NCBI GenBank assembly: GCA_002269645.1
Contig: NIVC01002568.1
Coordinates: forward strand, 1-43,743
Length of the DNA stretch: 43,743 nt
Direction: 5' to 3'
DNA from: Macrostomum lignano
Taxonomy: Eukaryota
In this document: positions 20,595 through 32,826 of the stretch, piece by piece
Layout: each line of letters begins with the position of its first letter
How positions within the stretch are numbered: position 1 is the stretch's first letter
Notes under the pieces: model-generated
Seen by the model: the letters and a program-made list of their open reading frames with translations, nothing else
Told to the model about the DNA's origin: nothing
The model's database searches: none
Position numbers and translations under genes: made by a program

Positions 20595-23500
20595 ATGGAC
20601 AAGAAGGAGTACTGCAAGGTCACCGTGCACTGGGAGAACAAGTCTACTGGGAAAATGGACACCAGGATCCTGGTAATTAGTCCGCGACAGTCTGAAATAA
20701 ACTGCCACTGCGCGCAGACTCTTGCGCCAATCAAGCAAAGCTGCACAAAATGTCTTGTTAGCTCTGTAGCTCTAGTGGTGAAGGTGAATGGGGCCAAACT
20801 GACCACTGACTCAACCGACTGATGTACGGATAAGTGTGCGGGAGTGACCAGGGCACGCATAAGTGTGCGGGAGTGACCAGGGCGCGCATATAAGTGTGGG
20901 GGAGTGACCAGGGCACGCATAAGTGTGCGGGAGTGACCAGGGCGCGCATATAAGTGTGGGGGAGTGACCAGGGCACGCATAAGTGTGCGGGAGTGACCAG
21001 GGCACGCATAAGTGTGCGGGAGTGACCAGGGCACGCATAAGTGTGCGGGAGTGACCAGGGCACGCATAAGTGTGCGGGAGTGACCAGGGCACGCATAAGT
21101 GTGCGGGAGTGACCAGGGCACGCATAAGTGTGCGGGAGTGACCAGGGCACGCATAAGTGTGGGGGAGTGACCAGGGCACGCATAAGTGTGGGGGAGTGAC
21201 CAGGGCACGCATAGGTGTGCAGGAGTGACCAGGGCACGCATAAGTGTGGGGGAGTGACCAGGGCACGCATAAGTGTGGGGGAGTGACCAGGGCACGCATA
21301 AGTGTGGGGGAGTGACCAGGGCACGCATAAGTGTGCGGGAGTGACCAGGGCACGCATAAGTGTGGGGGAGTGACCAGGGCACGCATAAGTGTGGGGGAGT
21401 GACCAGGGCACGCATATAAGTGTGGGGGAGTGACCAGGGCGCGCATAAGAGACGGCCTATTGGAGTCAGTAGGCTCACAATCCGACACTGAAGCCAAGCA
21501 TCACGGATGCACCTCTGTGACGAAGAAATCGAAACTGCCTCTTATCCCCAGATCATGCGGTCCGATCGCATGGAGGTGGCGGTGCTGAAAGGCCAGATCC
21601 GTACCGAGCGCTCTGTGCACTTCCTGGACATTCGCCGACTGGAAGCGGGCGGGGAGAACCGCGCCAGTCTGCAGATAAGCACCGGCGAGGTCCTGCAGTT
21701 CATCTGCACTCTCGAGGCCGACCTCATCAAGCTGGTTTCGCATCTGGTGGCCAGCCTGCAGTTTCACCTGCCGCAGCTGCGCACCACACAGCAGCAGCTC
21801 TTGGATCTGCGGCTGCCAAAGTCGTGGGACCTGGAGTCCTTGGTAGAGGCCCACAAGGTGGAGCTGGGCCGGCCGGGCTCGGACAAGTGCGGCCACTTCG
21901 GCAGCGCCTACGAGTTCTTCTGTCGCTACACGGGCGCCGAGGTTCGCGAAGAGATCCGCTGGGACGTGGAGACCATCTACTTCTCGCAGGGCTCGCGCAC
22001 CTTCAACATGACTGACTTCAGCCACTTCGGCCCGGCGGACTTCGCCATCATCCTGGCCTCCCTCAGCTTCAATGACTACTTCACTGCGCTCCATGTCGAG
22101 GGCATCAAGTTTGTGAGCTCCTGGCTGTGTACAAGATCCGAATTTGTGACTCTGAGTTACCTGGCCCTTGGATCTCCGAACCAATCAGATGTCCTTGGGC
22201 TCGCTGGGTCAGCGTGGGCCTTGGATAGGCTTCCGAACCAATCAGATGTCCTTAGGCTCGCTGGGTCAGCGTGGGCCTTGGTTAGGCTTCCGAACCAATC
22301 AGATGTCATTAGGCTCGCTGGGTCAGCGTGGGCCTTGGTTAGGCTTCCGAACCAATCAGATGTCATTAGGCTCGCTGGGTCAGCGTGGGCCTTGGTTAGG
22401 CTTCCGAACCAATCAGATGTCATTGGGCTCGCTGAGTCAGACTTGTGGTTTGCTGCAGACGTACTAAAAGTAGTATTGATATACTTCAAATAGAAAACAC
22501 TACGAGTCTCGTATCCGTACAAGTTAATTCGGGAGCTTTAAGCTTCAGGTGGCTTCAGAGTTTAGGTGGGGGCTAAATTTCATCCATCGGTACATCGAAC
22601 TCAAAACTTCTCACGAATCATTTGTCCCTTCCAGACAGCTCAGATGAGCAAGTTCCTGGAGATGATGCTGACTTACAACACAACGCTGCTGGAATTGCAC
22701 CTGCCCAACTGCGGCCTAAAAATGTGAGTAGCTATCACTGCTTCTCACCCTGCTCTCTGCATTTAATCCCAGCTTTCACATCTCCCAACTCCGCCACAGA
22801 GACTCGGTGCGGGCGATTGCCTCAGCGTTGGACGCCAACAGCGGGTTCCGCATCAAGGTGCTCGACCTGTCCGGCAACACCTTCAGCGACGATAAAAGTA
22901 AATTGAAAAGGGCTGCTGTCCTGCTACCTCTGGAGTCCCCTTCTCAGGCTTAGCGCTGTTTGCCATGCACTCACTCCGGGTGTCACGTCACTCACTTTGG
23001 GCGTCACTCACTCCCTCCGGGGTGCCACTCACGCACTCACTGTGAGGCGTCACTTACTCACTCTGGGCGTCACTTACTCACTCTGGGCGTCACTCACTCA
23101 CTCTGGGCGTCACTCATTCACTCTGGGCGTCACTCACTCACTCTGGACGTCACTTACTCACCCTGGTCGTCACTCACTCACTCCACTCTGGGCGTCACTT
23201 ACTCACTCTGGACGTCACTTACTCACCCTGGGCGTCACTCACTCACTCTGGGCGTCACTCACTCACTCCAGGTGCCACTCATTCACTCTGGGCGTCACTT
23301 ACTCACCCTGGGCGTCACTCACTCACTCTGGGCGTCACTCACTCACTCTGGGCGTCACTCACTCACTCTGGGCGTCACTCACTCACTCTGGGCGTCACTC
23401 ACTCACTCTGGGCGTCACTCACTCACTCTGGGCGTCACTCACTCACTCTGGGCGTCACTCACTCACCCTGGTCGTCACTCACTCACTCCACTCTGGGCGT

Positions 23501-26500
23501 CACTTACTCACTCTGGCCGTCACTCACTCACTCCAGGTGCCACTAATTCACTCTGGGCGTCACTCACTCACTCTGGACGTCACTCACTCACTCCTGGTGC
23601 CACTCACTCACTCCCTTATTTCCCTGAAAAACCGCCGGTCCTCAGCTAAAGTCCAAATGCCAGCAGCCTCATCCCCTTTTCATTGAAGTCGTGGACCGGC
23701 TGTGCGCCCTGCTGTCTCGGCTCAGCAGCAGTCTGGAGCGGCTGGTCTTGAGCGGCTGCGGCCTCTCCGCCAAGGCGTTGAACCGCGTCTGCGAAGCCCT
23801 CGGCGGCGGTCAGCAGGGCCTCCCGGGCCCGCCGCCTCTCAGCCACCTGGTCATCGATTGCAACGAGCAGAAGGGGGAGAATTCAACAGTGAGTGGAGCC
23901 CGGAAACTGAGCATACTTGACTGGAGTATAAACTCATAAATTTCACATGTTCTGGAGCAACTGCTTTGACCTTCTGTGAATCCTTTTAATGCCTGAGACA
24001 CCAGCTATCTACCTGCTGGTTCAACTGTCTACCACTCTCCCATCAGACTGCCCATCTGCACCCCACTCTGCCGCTCTCCCATCAGACTGCCCATCTGCAC
24101 CCCACTCTACCACTCTCCATCAGACTGCCCATCTACACCCCACTCTGCCGCTCTCCCATCAGACTGCGCATCTGCACCCCACTCTGCCGCTCTCCCATCA
24201 GACTGCCCATCTGCACCCCACTCTGCCGCTCTCCCATCAGACTGCCCATCTGCACCCCACTCTGCCGCTCTCCCATCAGACTGCCCATCTGCACCCCACT
24301 CTGCCGCTCTCCCATCAGACTGCCCATCTGCACCCCACTCTGCCGCTCTCCCATCAGACTGCCCATCTGCAACCCACTCTACCGCTCTCCGATCAGACTG
24401 CCCATCTGCACCCCACTCTGCCGCTCTCCCATCAGACTGCCCATCTACACCCCACTCTACCACTCTCCCATCCAGACTGCCCATCTGCACCCCACTCTAC
24501 CGCTCTCCCATCAGACTGCCCATCTGCACCCCACTCTGCCGCTCTCCCATCAGACTGCCCATCTGCAACCCACTCTACCGCTCTCCCATCAGACTGCGCA
24601 TCTGCACCCCACTCTGCCGCTCTCCCATCAGACTGCGCATGCGCATCTGCACCCCACTTTGCCGCTTTCCCATCAGACTGCCTATCTGCACCCCACTCTG
24701 CCGCTCTCCCATCAGACTGCCTATCTGCACCTCACTCTACCGCTCTCCCATCAGACTGCGCATCTGCACCCCACTCTGCCGCTCTCCCATCAGACTGCCT
24801 ATCTGCACCCCACTCTGCCGCTCTCCCATCAGACTGCCTATCTGCACCCCACTCTACCGCTCTCCCATCAGACTGCGCATCTGCACCCCACTCTGCCGCT
24901 CTCCCATCAGACTGCGCATCTGCACCCCACTCTGCCGCTCTCCGATCAGACTGCCCATCTGCATCCCACTCTGCCGCTCTCCCATCAGACTGCCCATCTG
25001 CAACCCACTCTACCACTCTCCCATCAGACTGCCCATCTGCACCCCACTCTACCCCTGGTACCACTCTCCCATCGGACTGCCCATCTGCACCCCACTCTGC
25101 CGCTCTCCCATCAGACTGCCTATCTAAGCCAGCCACTGGCCCACCTGCCCCCTACCAGCAACGAGCTTCCATTGTGCAGATGCTGAAGACGCGTGGGTTC
25201 TGCAGCGAAGTGAGTGAGGGGCCGCTCAGCCAGCTCTGGCACCGCGAACTTGCATGCGGGCTCTGATTCAATGCTGCAGTGCCTTACAGAAAATTCCAGT
25301 AACAGCCTCAAAACTGGCTATTTGTAGTAGTGCAGAATGGAGTTGCAGATCTCTATCAGTAAAGCCAAACGCATGACTGCTTTGGGATGCAGCGGGCAAT
25401 AATCAATGGGATATTGTTTTATCTGTTCTCTGTTTCTACTGAGGCTAAACCGCGGCAGCTCGAATCGACCCCTTCCGTTTGCAGCTCATACAAAAGTACA
25501 TTTCCAAGGCCACCAACCTGGAGCATCTCAGCTGCGTGGGCTGCGACTTCAACCTGGACTCGGTGAGCACCCAGTATCAGCTGCTTGGCGAACTTGGTCA
25601 GTTCTGACTGAGCCCGCTTGGCTGCTCTAACCAAACTCGCTGCCCCTTCCACAGTTCGCCCCAGCCTTCCTGCGCGGACTGACCCAGTGCGTGACCCACC
25701 TTGACCTGAGCGGCAACCCCTTCTGGAACCCACGCCGCGGCTCCCGGCCCAAGGACGCACCGTCCCTCAGCAAGGACTGGGGCCAGCTCTTCTCCCGCTG
25801 CCTGCGCCTCCGGCTTCTCCGCCTCAACTCCTGCCGACTGCCGCCTCAGGCCATCTCCGACCTGCTCAGCGGCCTCGGCTCCAACAAGGATCTGAAAGGA
25901 GTTCGGCTGGAACTCGCCTCGAATGAGTTCGGAGTGGCCGGAGCCCATGTGCTTTGCAGCTGCCTCAACAGCTGCTCTATCAGCTGCCTCGAGGCCCTGG
26001 ATCTTAGCGATAATGGTGCGGTGCTAATCTGATAATGCATGTCGCTGTCCTGTTGCTGCTCTGTTGCTGCCCTGTTGCTGTCCTGTTGCTGCCCTGTTGC
26101 TGCCCTGTTGCTGCCCCGTTGCTGTCCTGTTGCTGCCCTGTAGCTTCTCTGTACCAAGTCATTGTACAGCGCACACAGCTGTCTAACAGCGGAAGATGCA
26201 TTTTAACTTTCCAGCATTCGACTCCGAGCTGAACCGAGTTGTGGAGGCAGTTTGCCGATCCTCCATCCGACACCTGTCAATTGGCGGGAACAACTTTAGG
26301 GCCAAGTAAGTGCAGTGCAAACGCCCATGATGGATGGCGGCACAATCTTTCCTGCCGGGAATAAGGACTCACTCCGCACTTTCAATTTCAGGGACGTCAA
26401 TCTGGATGAGTTCTCCGAATTGGTCACGGATTCCAAGTGTGTAAGTACTCTTCTTAGTCAGTCAGTCAGTCAGTCAGTCAGTCAGTCAGTCAGTCAGTCA

Positions 26501-29500
26501 GTCAGTCAGTCAGTCAGTCAGTCAGTCAGTCAGTCAGTCAGTCAGTCAGTCAGTCAGTCAGTCAGTCAGTCAGTCAGTCAGTCAGTCAGTCAGTCAGTCA
26601 GTCAGTCAGTCAGTCAGTCAGTCAGTCAGTCAGTCAGTCAGTCAGTCAGTCAGTCAGTCAGTCAGTCAGTCAGTCAGTCAGTCAGTCAGTCAGTCAGTCA
26701 GTCAGTCAGTCAGTCAGTCAGTCAGTCAGTCAGTCAGTCAGTCAGTCAGTCAGTCAGTCAGTCAGTCAGTCAGTCAGTCAGTCAGTCAGTCAGTCAGTCA
26801 GTCAGTCAGTCAGTCAGTCAGTCAGTCAGTCAGTCAGTCAGTCAGTCAGTCAGTCAGTCAGTCAGTCAGTCAGTCAGTCAGTCAGTCAGTCAGTCAGTCA
26901 GTCAGTCAGTCAGTCAGTCAGTCAGTCAGTCAGTCAGTCAGTCAGTCAGTCAGTCAGTCAGTCAGTCAGTCAGTCAGTCAGTCAGTCAGTCAGTCAGTCA
27001 GTCAGTCAGTCAGTCAGTCAGTCAGTCAGTCAGTCAGTCAGTCAGTCAGTCAGTCAGTCAGTCAGTCAGTCAGTCAGTCAGTCAGTCAGTCAGTCAGTCA
27101 GTCAGTCAGTCAGTCAGTCAGTCAGTCAGTCAGTCAGTCAGTCAGTCAGTCAGTCAGTCAGTCAGTCAGTCAGTCAGTCAGTCAGTCAGTCAGTCAGTCA
27201 GTCAGTCAGTCAGTCAGTCAGTCAGTCAGTCAGTCAGTCAGTCAGTCAGTCAGTCAGTCAGTCAGTCAGTCAGTCAGTCAGTCAGTCAGTCAGTCAGTCA
27301 GTCAGTCAGTCAGTCAGTCAGTCAGTCAGTCAGTCAGTCAGTCAGTCAGTCAGTCAGTCAGTCAGTCAGTCAGTCAGTCAGTCAGTCAGTCAGTCAGTCA
27401 GTCAGTCAGTCAGTCAGTCAGTCAGTCAGTCAGTCAGTCAGTCAGTCAGTCAGTCAGTCAGTCAGTCAGTCAGTCAGTCAGTCAGTCAGTCAGTCAGTCA
27501 GTCAGTCAGTCAGTCAGTCAGTCAGTCAGTCAGTCAGTCAGTCAGTCAGTCAGTCAGTCAGTCAGTCAGTCAGTCAGTCAGTCAGTCAGTCAGTCAGTCA
27601 GTCAGTCAGTCAGTCAGTCAGTCAGTCAGTCAGTCAGTCAGTCAGTCAGTCAGTCAGTCAGTCAGTCAGTCAGTCAGTCAGTCAGTCAGTCAGTCAGTCA
27701 GTCAGTCAGTCAGTCAGTCAGTCAGTCAGTCAGTCAGTCGCTCCTCAATTCCAGACACTCGAGTCGCTATCCCTGCGAGACTCCCGCCTGCGCGACAAGA
27801 TCGTGGTGCTCCTAAATGCCATCGGCCAGTGCCGCAACCTCAGCAAGCTGGACATCAGTGGCAACTGGATGCAGGACCTGGGCGCGAAGTTCCTGGCCAA
27901 GAGCCTTTACCTGAATTCCAGCCTGACGGAGGTGCGGCTGGACGACAACCACATCGGACTCTCTGGCTTGAGGGACATCACGGAGGCGCTGCAGTTCAAC
28001 TCCAGCCTGTGCAGCATGCCGGTGCCGGCCATGGACATCGCCCGCATTCTGGCCGACCCCAGTGCCGCGAGCTCCGTGAACGCCGCGCTGGCCAGCCTGC
28101 AGCAGGCTCTGCTGAAGAACCACTCGGCCACCTACCAGGTCACCGGCCGAGACTACCGCCTGCAGTCCGAGCTGGGCAGCTACGCCTTCAGCCTCGATCA
28201 CCTGGCCAGCCGGCTCGACCACAGTCTCAAGGCCATCGACAAGTCCGATCCGGACCCGGAAGTGGCCGAGTGCGAGCAGCGCTGTCGGGCAGCCATGCGG
28301 GACGCGCTGTCCGCCCGCTACCTGCTGACCGGCCTGTCTGGGGTAGCTGATTCTTGGCCGGCCGAGTCCATTAGCCACTGCGTCCGCAAGCAGCTGGCGC
28401 AGCCGCTGCTGGACGCCGCCTCGGCTGACCTGGGCGGCACTCAGGAGGCGATGCTGCAGTTCCTGGAGGCGGAGTGCCCGAACGCCTTCAAGGCGGACCC
28501 AAGCCTGGCCGCGACGCTGCGTAACCGCCTCGCGTCGGAGCAGAGCCAGTTCTCCGCGGCCTCCGTGCTCACCCTTCTCGAGCGGTCGGCCATGGCCAGC
28601 GTGGCCAGCAAGTTGACGTGAGAAGCCCTTGGCCGCTCAGTGCAGTCTTAGGCTAAAGTAGAAGGAATACAGAAGTTGCGGTGTTGCAATTTTGCTTTAA
28701 ATTTGCTTTTGAAAGATAGAAAATGGGTATCTTTAGGCGCATAATGGAGGACGGCTATCACAACGATCACATGAAGTTGGAACGTGCTTGGTCCAAGTTG
28801 CTACTGGAGTTTATCGACCTAAAGTCAACAAAAGTGCTGCTAGAAACGGTCAAGCACAAGGGGGCCGTAGCCCAGCGGTCTAGCGCAGGCTCTGGTGTGC
28901 CAGCGACCCAGGCTCGATTCCAAGTGCAGTCACATTAATTTGAAGCTGAATTGGAATCTCGGCTTGGCTCTGCTCGTGCAATTAACGGCCTTGAGAGCCA
29001 ACCCCCCAAGGCGCAGTGAAGTGTACATGCTTAACGATAAAATAAAGTTAGGGCCGCTGTACACTCCTGTGTGAGTGTGTGCCTGCGTACGTATCCGCGC
29101 GCTTGTATGCCTGCTCAGGGGAGTCGGCGGAATGGGCAGTAATGCCTCTTGCCGGTTGTGTGCCTATTTCGCTTAAAGGGCGCCAGGGTGCACACAACCC
29201 CCCTTGCCTCTAATAAAAAAACGGTCAAGCACAGACAATTGGAACAAAGTTGCCGTTCATCCTCTATCTCTTTACTGTATAGAAGCATTTTTCTCGTCCC
29301 AAGACTTTCCGCGTTATTTATCCGTGTTGATGCAATCCCATGCAATCAAATGAATTCCTGTGGAACGCGAGCGTTACCTCCTGTTTCGCATAAGTGGTCC
29401 CTGCTGAAGCACTGCCGCCAGTCCCAGGTGTTTGCAGGCAAGACAAAGACCACTGTCAGAAAGGAATGGACGAGCTATTGGGCCCGGGTGTCTTCACAAT

Positions 29501-31641
29501 GTTTTCTACTTAAAGAGTTTAGAAGCAATACTAGACTGGAGACTCAAAAACTTCAAACTAAGTTTGTCATTCTCCTCACCTCTATGTATTTTCTCAAGCC
29601 TCAGTCAGCTTCCTCCTGCCCCAACCCGCCGCCTGCAGAGCTCTGCAGCTCAACAGTGCGCTGCTCATCAATGACTGCATGCAGGAGGCCATTGGGCACA
29701 ACTTGCAGATGGCGGAGCAGACTCTGGTGAGACCTGCCTGTTAATATTGCCAGTCCGGCCCTGCTTAGATTTATAGTTGGTTGTAGCGCTCCGATGGTGC
29801 AGCAGTGAAATTCAAGAGCCCCGCAACGCCCCGCAGAGCAAGCTGATGCGCTCAAAGATGCTCAAGCCGAACCTACGCCGCAACGAGTCCCAGAAGACGT
29901 CGGAGAGCGACGCCGCCGACTCGCAGTCGCCGAAGACGCCGGAGCCGCAGTCGCTCCACAACGACGGCCGACGCAACACGCGGCCGATCTCCGTCTTTGG
30001 CAAGAAGGGGTCCGCCAAGATAACGGAGCTCATCGAAATCAGCGTCGACGAAGGCAAGGCTGACGGCTCCGATGCAGATAAACAGCGGTCACTGCAGGCG
30101 CTGCCCCGCCGGCCGGTCGGGAACCAAAACCGCCGGCTACCCACCTCAAACCTGCTGCGCCAGCGGCAGTCGGAGGAGGCGAAGGAAAAGGAGGACAGCG
30201 AGCCAGAGCCTGACGAAGAGATCGACGTGGATCTCGAGGCTGATCCCGTGTTTGAGCAGCGCGACGCGGACGAGCCGAAGCAGCCGCCGCCTGCGGCAGC
30301 TACTCAAGGGGCCGCTCGGAAACTGCCGGTGGGAGCCGTGCCGCTCATGGGCTTCGGCGCGCCGCCGCCGCATGTGCAGCAGAAACTGCTCGCTAGGCCA
30401 GAGGAAGAGAGCAGCGCGGCCTCCTCACCCTCGACGCCACCAGCTCGGGTCCGTCTGCTGCCGGCAGGCAGCACCCCGATGGCCATCAGCAAGGACGACC
30501 TCGCCAAATCCGTCCTGCGCAAAGCTGAAAGTGAGCAGCAGCCGCCGCCTGCGACGGCTCCGAAACCGAAACCGAAGACGGGCACCAAGCCACCCGCTTC
30601 AAACGGTAGGAGACACTGTTGGGTGACCATGGCGGTTGGCTGGGTGGGAAGGCACACTGAACAAGCAGCAGGCACCAATCAACCAGTCACACTGAACAAG
30701 CAGCAGGCACCAATCAACCAGTCACACTGACCAAGCAGCAGGCACCAATCATCAACAATTCACACTGACCAAGCAGCAGCAGACACCAATCAACAAGTCA
30801 CACTAACCAAGCAGCAGGCACCAATCATCAACAAGTCACATGAACAAGCAGCAGGCACCAATCATCAACAAGTCACACTGACTAAGCAGCAGGCACCAAT
30901 CATCAACAAGTCACACTGACCAAGCAGCAGGCACCAATCATCAACAAGTCACACTGACCAAGCAGCAGGCACCAATAATCAACAAGTCACACTGACCAAG
31001 CAGCAGGCACCAATCATCAACAAGTCACATGACCAAGCAGCAGGCACCAATCATCAACAAGTCACATGACCAAGCAGCAGGCACCAATCAACAACAAGTC
31101 ACATGACCAAGCAGCAGGCACCAATCATCAACAAGTCACATGACCAAGCAGCAGGCACCAATCAACAACAAGTCACATGACCAAGCAGCAGGCACCAATC
31201 AACAACAAGTCACATGACCAAGCAGCAGGCACCAATCATCAACAAGTCACATGACCAAGCAGCAGGCACCAATCAACAACAAGTCACATGACCAAGCAGC
31301 AGGCACCAATCATCAACAAGTCACATGACCAAGCAGCAGGCACCAATCATCAACAAGTCACATGACCAAGCAGCAGGCACCAATCATCAACAAGTCACAT
31401 GACCAAGCAGCAGGCACCAATCATCAACAAGTCACATGACCAAGCAGCAGCTGGTACTAATTAACCAGTCACATCAAAAGACAAACAATGAAACCGGTAA
31501 CTTACCGCAGACTCGGGCACCGCGGCACCAGCAGCGCGGACCTCGGTGATCATTGATGGCAAGTCATCGCCGCGATTGGAGGAGCATGATGACCGGAAGC
31601 TGAAGTCTCTGCCCACCGAAAAATCTAAATCCAAGCCATGA
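20595..31641 (+). CDS. CARMIL: CARMIL / LRRC16 (PH-LRR-helical dimerisation-Pro-rich tail), about 1150-1170 aa; exons 20595-20672, 21552-22112, 22635-22723, 22800-22897, 23689-23888, 25485-25562, 25655-26015, 26215-26305, 26392-26440, 27755-28617, 29639-29726, 29837(or 29777)-30605, 31511-31641
   Basis: CARMIL linker signature REEIRWDVETIY.SQGSRTFNMTDFSHF...IILASLSFNDYF. LRRs LDLSGN, LDLSDNG and LESLSLRDSRL...LDISGNWMQDLGAKFLAKSL. All splice phases are compatible (3456 nt with the 29837 acceptor). The acceptor of exon 12 is uncertain. Confidence 0.9.
20831..21448. repeat. 29-bp minisatellite (TAAGTGTGCGGGAGTGACCAGGGCACGCA)n, CARMIL intron 1
   Basis: Direct tandem copies. Confidence 0.95.
22165..22440. 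repeat. 57-bp minisatellite containing GAACCAATCAG, CARMIL intron 2
   Basis: Five copies at 57-bp spacing. Confidence 0.9.
22960..23610. repeat. 20-bp minisatellite (CTCTGGGCGTCACTCACTCA)n, CARMIL intron 4
   Basis: Direct tandem copies. Confidence 0.95.
24030..25125. repeat. 39-bp minisatellite (CCCATCAGACTGCCCATCTGCACCCCACTCTGCCGCTCT)n, CARMIL intron 5
   Basis: Direct tandem copies. Confidence 0.95.
26045..26140. repeat. Short CTGTTGCTG(C/T)C-type array, CARMIL intron 7
   Basis: Degenerate tandem copies just after the donor site. Confidence 0.7.
26456..27739. repeat. Perfect (AGTC)n microsatellite, about 1.28 kb, CARMIL intron 9
   Basis: Uninterrupted tetranucleotide run between the GTAAGT donor (26441) and the TTCCAG acceptor (27754). 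Confidence 0.98.
28859..29218 (+). mobile_element. tRNA-derived SINE, about 360 bp, with an A-rich tail and 15-bp TSD, CARMIL intron 10
   Basis: Head GGGGCCGTAGCCCAGCGGTCTAGCGC...CCCAGGCTCGATTCC carries Pol III A-box and B-box-like motifs. The element ends in AATAAAAA. The direct repeat AAACGGTCAAGCACA lies at 28844-28858 and 29219-29233. Confidence 0.8.
30655..31470. repeat. About 37-bp minisatellite (ACCAAGCAGCAGGCACCAATCATCAACAAGTCACATG)n, last CARMIL intron
   Basis: Direct tandem copies. Confidence 0.95.
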
Positions 31642-31964
31642 GAGCCTGTGTACCGCTAAGAAGTACTTTTTATCTATTTAATCAGCATATTCAGAGTCCT
31701 GACTCAATCACCAATCTTTTATCAGAGTGAAAAAAACTTCACTTTTCAGGCTTTTTGACAAATTTCGCCAAATTTCTGCACATTTATCCTCTTTTTCTGC
31801 TCCCCCCCGAATGCACGCTGAGACGACTTTGAGTCGCTCCTCACTGGTTCTGACTTTCTGCGCTGCCTCCCCTCAGTGCCGCACCCCATTATATTAAGTA
31901 TTTTCTGTGATTAGTTCGTGATTATTCTAGACTTTTAGCTCAGCACAGAAGCATGCGACAGCTG

Positions 31965-32175
31965 AACAATGATTGAGTGTCTATAGAACAGTGATTGAGT
32001 GTCTATAGAACAGTGACTTAGTATGTCTATAGAACAGTGATTGAGTGCCTATAGAACAGTGATTGAGTGTCTATAGAACAGTGACTGAGTGTCTATAGAC
32101 CAGTGATTGAGTGTCTATAGACCAGTGATTGAGTGTCTATAGAACAGTGATTGAGTGTCTATAGAACAGTGATCA
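31965..32175. repeat. 22-bp minisatellite (GAACAGTGATTGAGTGTCTATA)n
   Basis: Direct tandem copies, intergenic. Confidence 0.9.
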
Positions 32176-32826
32176 AATGTAATCTATATGGAATGATAGA
32201 ACACTAGGGTTTGCGTGACCGAATGCTAAGCAATGGCTGAGGGTCCAACAAATTTCCATGCCCCTCAGGCAAGCTGCCCTATCGGATTGTCAATAAATCA
32301 TTGTGCTTTAATAATGAATTCCTCCATTTTTGCGATCGAGCTCCTGCCGTGATTTGAGGCAAGTACTCGTAAAATTGTTTGCCGTCTGGCCTAAATTCTT
32401 TATTGCAATGCGGATCAGAAAGCACAGCGTACCGATGCAATCAGCGATGCTGTTGGATGCAGTTGGCAGCTGGGGGGTTGCCGCTCAGGGCGCTGTGGAA
32501 ATGAGCTCCATTATGGAGCGCTAAGCAGACAAATTAACTCTCGGGGAAATTGGGCCACCTGATCCAAATCTCTAAAACCGTCCGAACAGCTCTCCCCCGC
32601 CCCAGCCCCAGCCCCAGCCCCCGCCCCAGCCCCAGCCCCAGATCCGCCACCCAATGGAAGAGCAGCAGGAGAAGAGAGGAAGAGGTTATCGAATGGAAAG
32701 TGATGAAGCTGAGGAGACTGGAAGTCTGGGTCGCTCAAAAAACCTGTCAGCCTTTGAAGCCGCGACTTTCAAAGCCGGTCCGCCTCATCCGAGCCCAGCC
32801 TCCGCAGCCCAGCAGGAGGGGCCGAC

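Noticed and set aside
26315-28621. 768-aa ORF with a poly-SQSV region treated as a real repeat protein
   Set aside because: The SQSV stretch is an intronic (AGTC)n bounded by canonical donor and acceptor sites, and CARMIL homology is continuous across its removal.
28861-28933. Functional tRNA gene
   Set aside because: The acceptor and anticodon stems do not pair properly, and the sequence is the head of a TSD-flanked SINE.
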